DNA of 64,000 bases. Origin: Nitrospirales bacterium. Its GTDB lineage: Bacteria > Nitrospirota > Nitrospiria > Nitrospirales > UBA8639. Shown piece after piece: positions 63,446 to 64,000 of the stretch (the stretch's first letter is position 1; every line of letters starts with the position of its first letter). Both the position numbers and the translations under genes were made by a program. A model generated the notes under the pieces. It did no database searches. It saw only the letters and a program-made list of their open reading frames with translations, and was not told the origin of the DNA. The stretch spans positions 32,001 to 96,000 of the forward strand of contig CBDBCZ010000009.1 of NCBI GenBank assembly GCA_965203295.1, written 5' to 3'.

Positions 63446-64000
63446 AGATATTGGGGGTGAATAATAAACAGGCTATGGCAGGGTACTTGTCCATTACTTG
63501 ATGAGTTATTAAAAACAGTGAGTTTATGTTTTGATTAGTTTTAATTAGTTGTATCATGTAGTAGAATGATCCATGAAATTAGTTTCATCTAAACAGTTAC
63601 AGTTTCCCATGTTACTGGTCATCAGGGGAGTTCCCAGACTGATTATCGCTGGGTTAGGGTTGGTTACCGGTAATTTGGTGTTTTAGTACATTTGTGGCTA
63701 CAATAATAATTGCCGCCATTGCTCTCGTAGTTGCATATTTGTAAGTACTATAAAGGATATTATTTTCTCCAATTTCTTTGCCACGCTGAAGTCTTACCTA
63801 TCTTCTCTTTTATCTGACTGGTTGGCATGGTCTCCTGTTCGCCTAGTATCCGTTCTGATTTTGTCAGTTGCTTGGTGAAGGTTGTGTCAAAGGCACTGCA
63901 GTGGTATTGCTAGACCTCAGTGCTACGAACTCTTTACAAGTGAGCACTAGAAGTCAAACAGATGGCTGAGCTCCACGTGAAAGCCATCTGTTCGATCTGC

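Overview
Eukaryotic, CpG-depleted, repeat-rich animal DNA. The gene families and transposon types suggest a demosponge (inference). The main content is: (1) a single-exon receptor-like gene (2785-8711, about 1975 aa, one 1-bp frameshift) with a long GG[A/V/C]x/FxxN Pmp-like beta-helix array, a Cys-rich stalk and about 9 TM helices, preceded by a 3'-end remnant of a paralog; (2) a birth-and-death cluster of intronless secreted proteins of about 360 aa with an N-terminal fibrinogen/intelectin-like motif: 4 intact genes, at least 4 pseudogenes or fragments, and 3 orphan promoters. The copies share a near-identical framework with five hypervariable loops and patchwork similarity, like a diversified recognition-protein repertoire; (3) an intact RTE-type LINE inside a (GT)n tract, with the paralogous empty site also in the window, whose 5' end folds as an HDV-like self-cleaving ribozyme; (4) an apparently intact pseudoknotted type I hammerhead ribozyme just upstream of one cluster gene, plus a decayed Penelope-type hammerhead; (5) many non-autonomous DNA elements (pogo/HIRAN, Kolobok-like, HINE, 9-bp-TSD hairpin MITEs), a tRNA-like insert, orphan exons and local segmental duplications. 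All calls come from reading the sequence by eye; no searches or folding programs were run.
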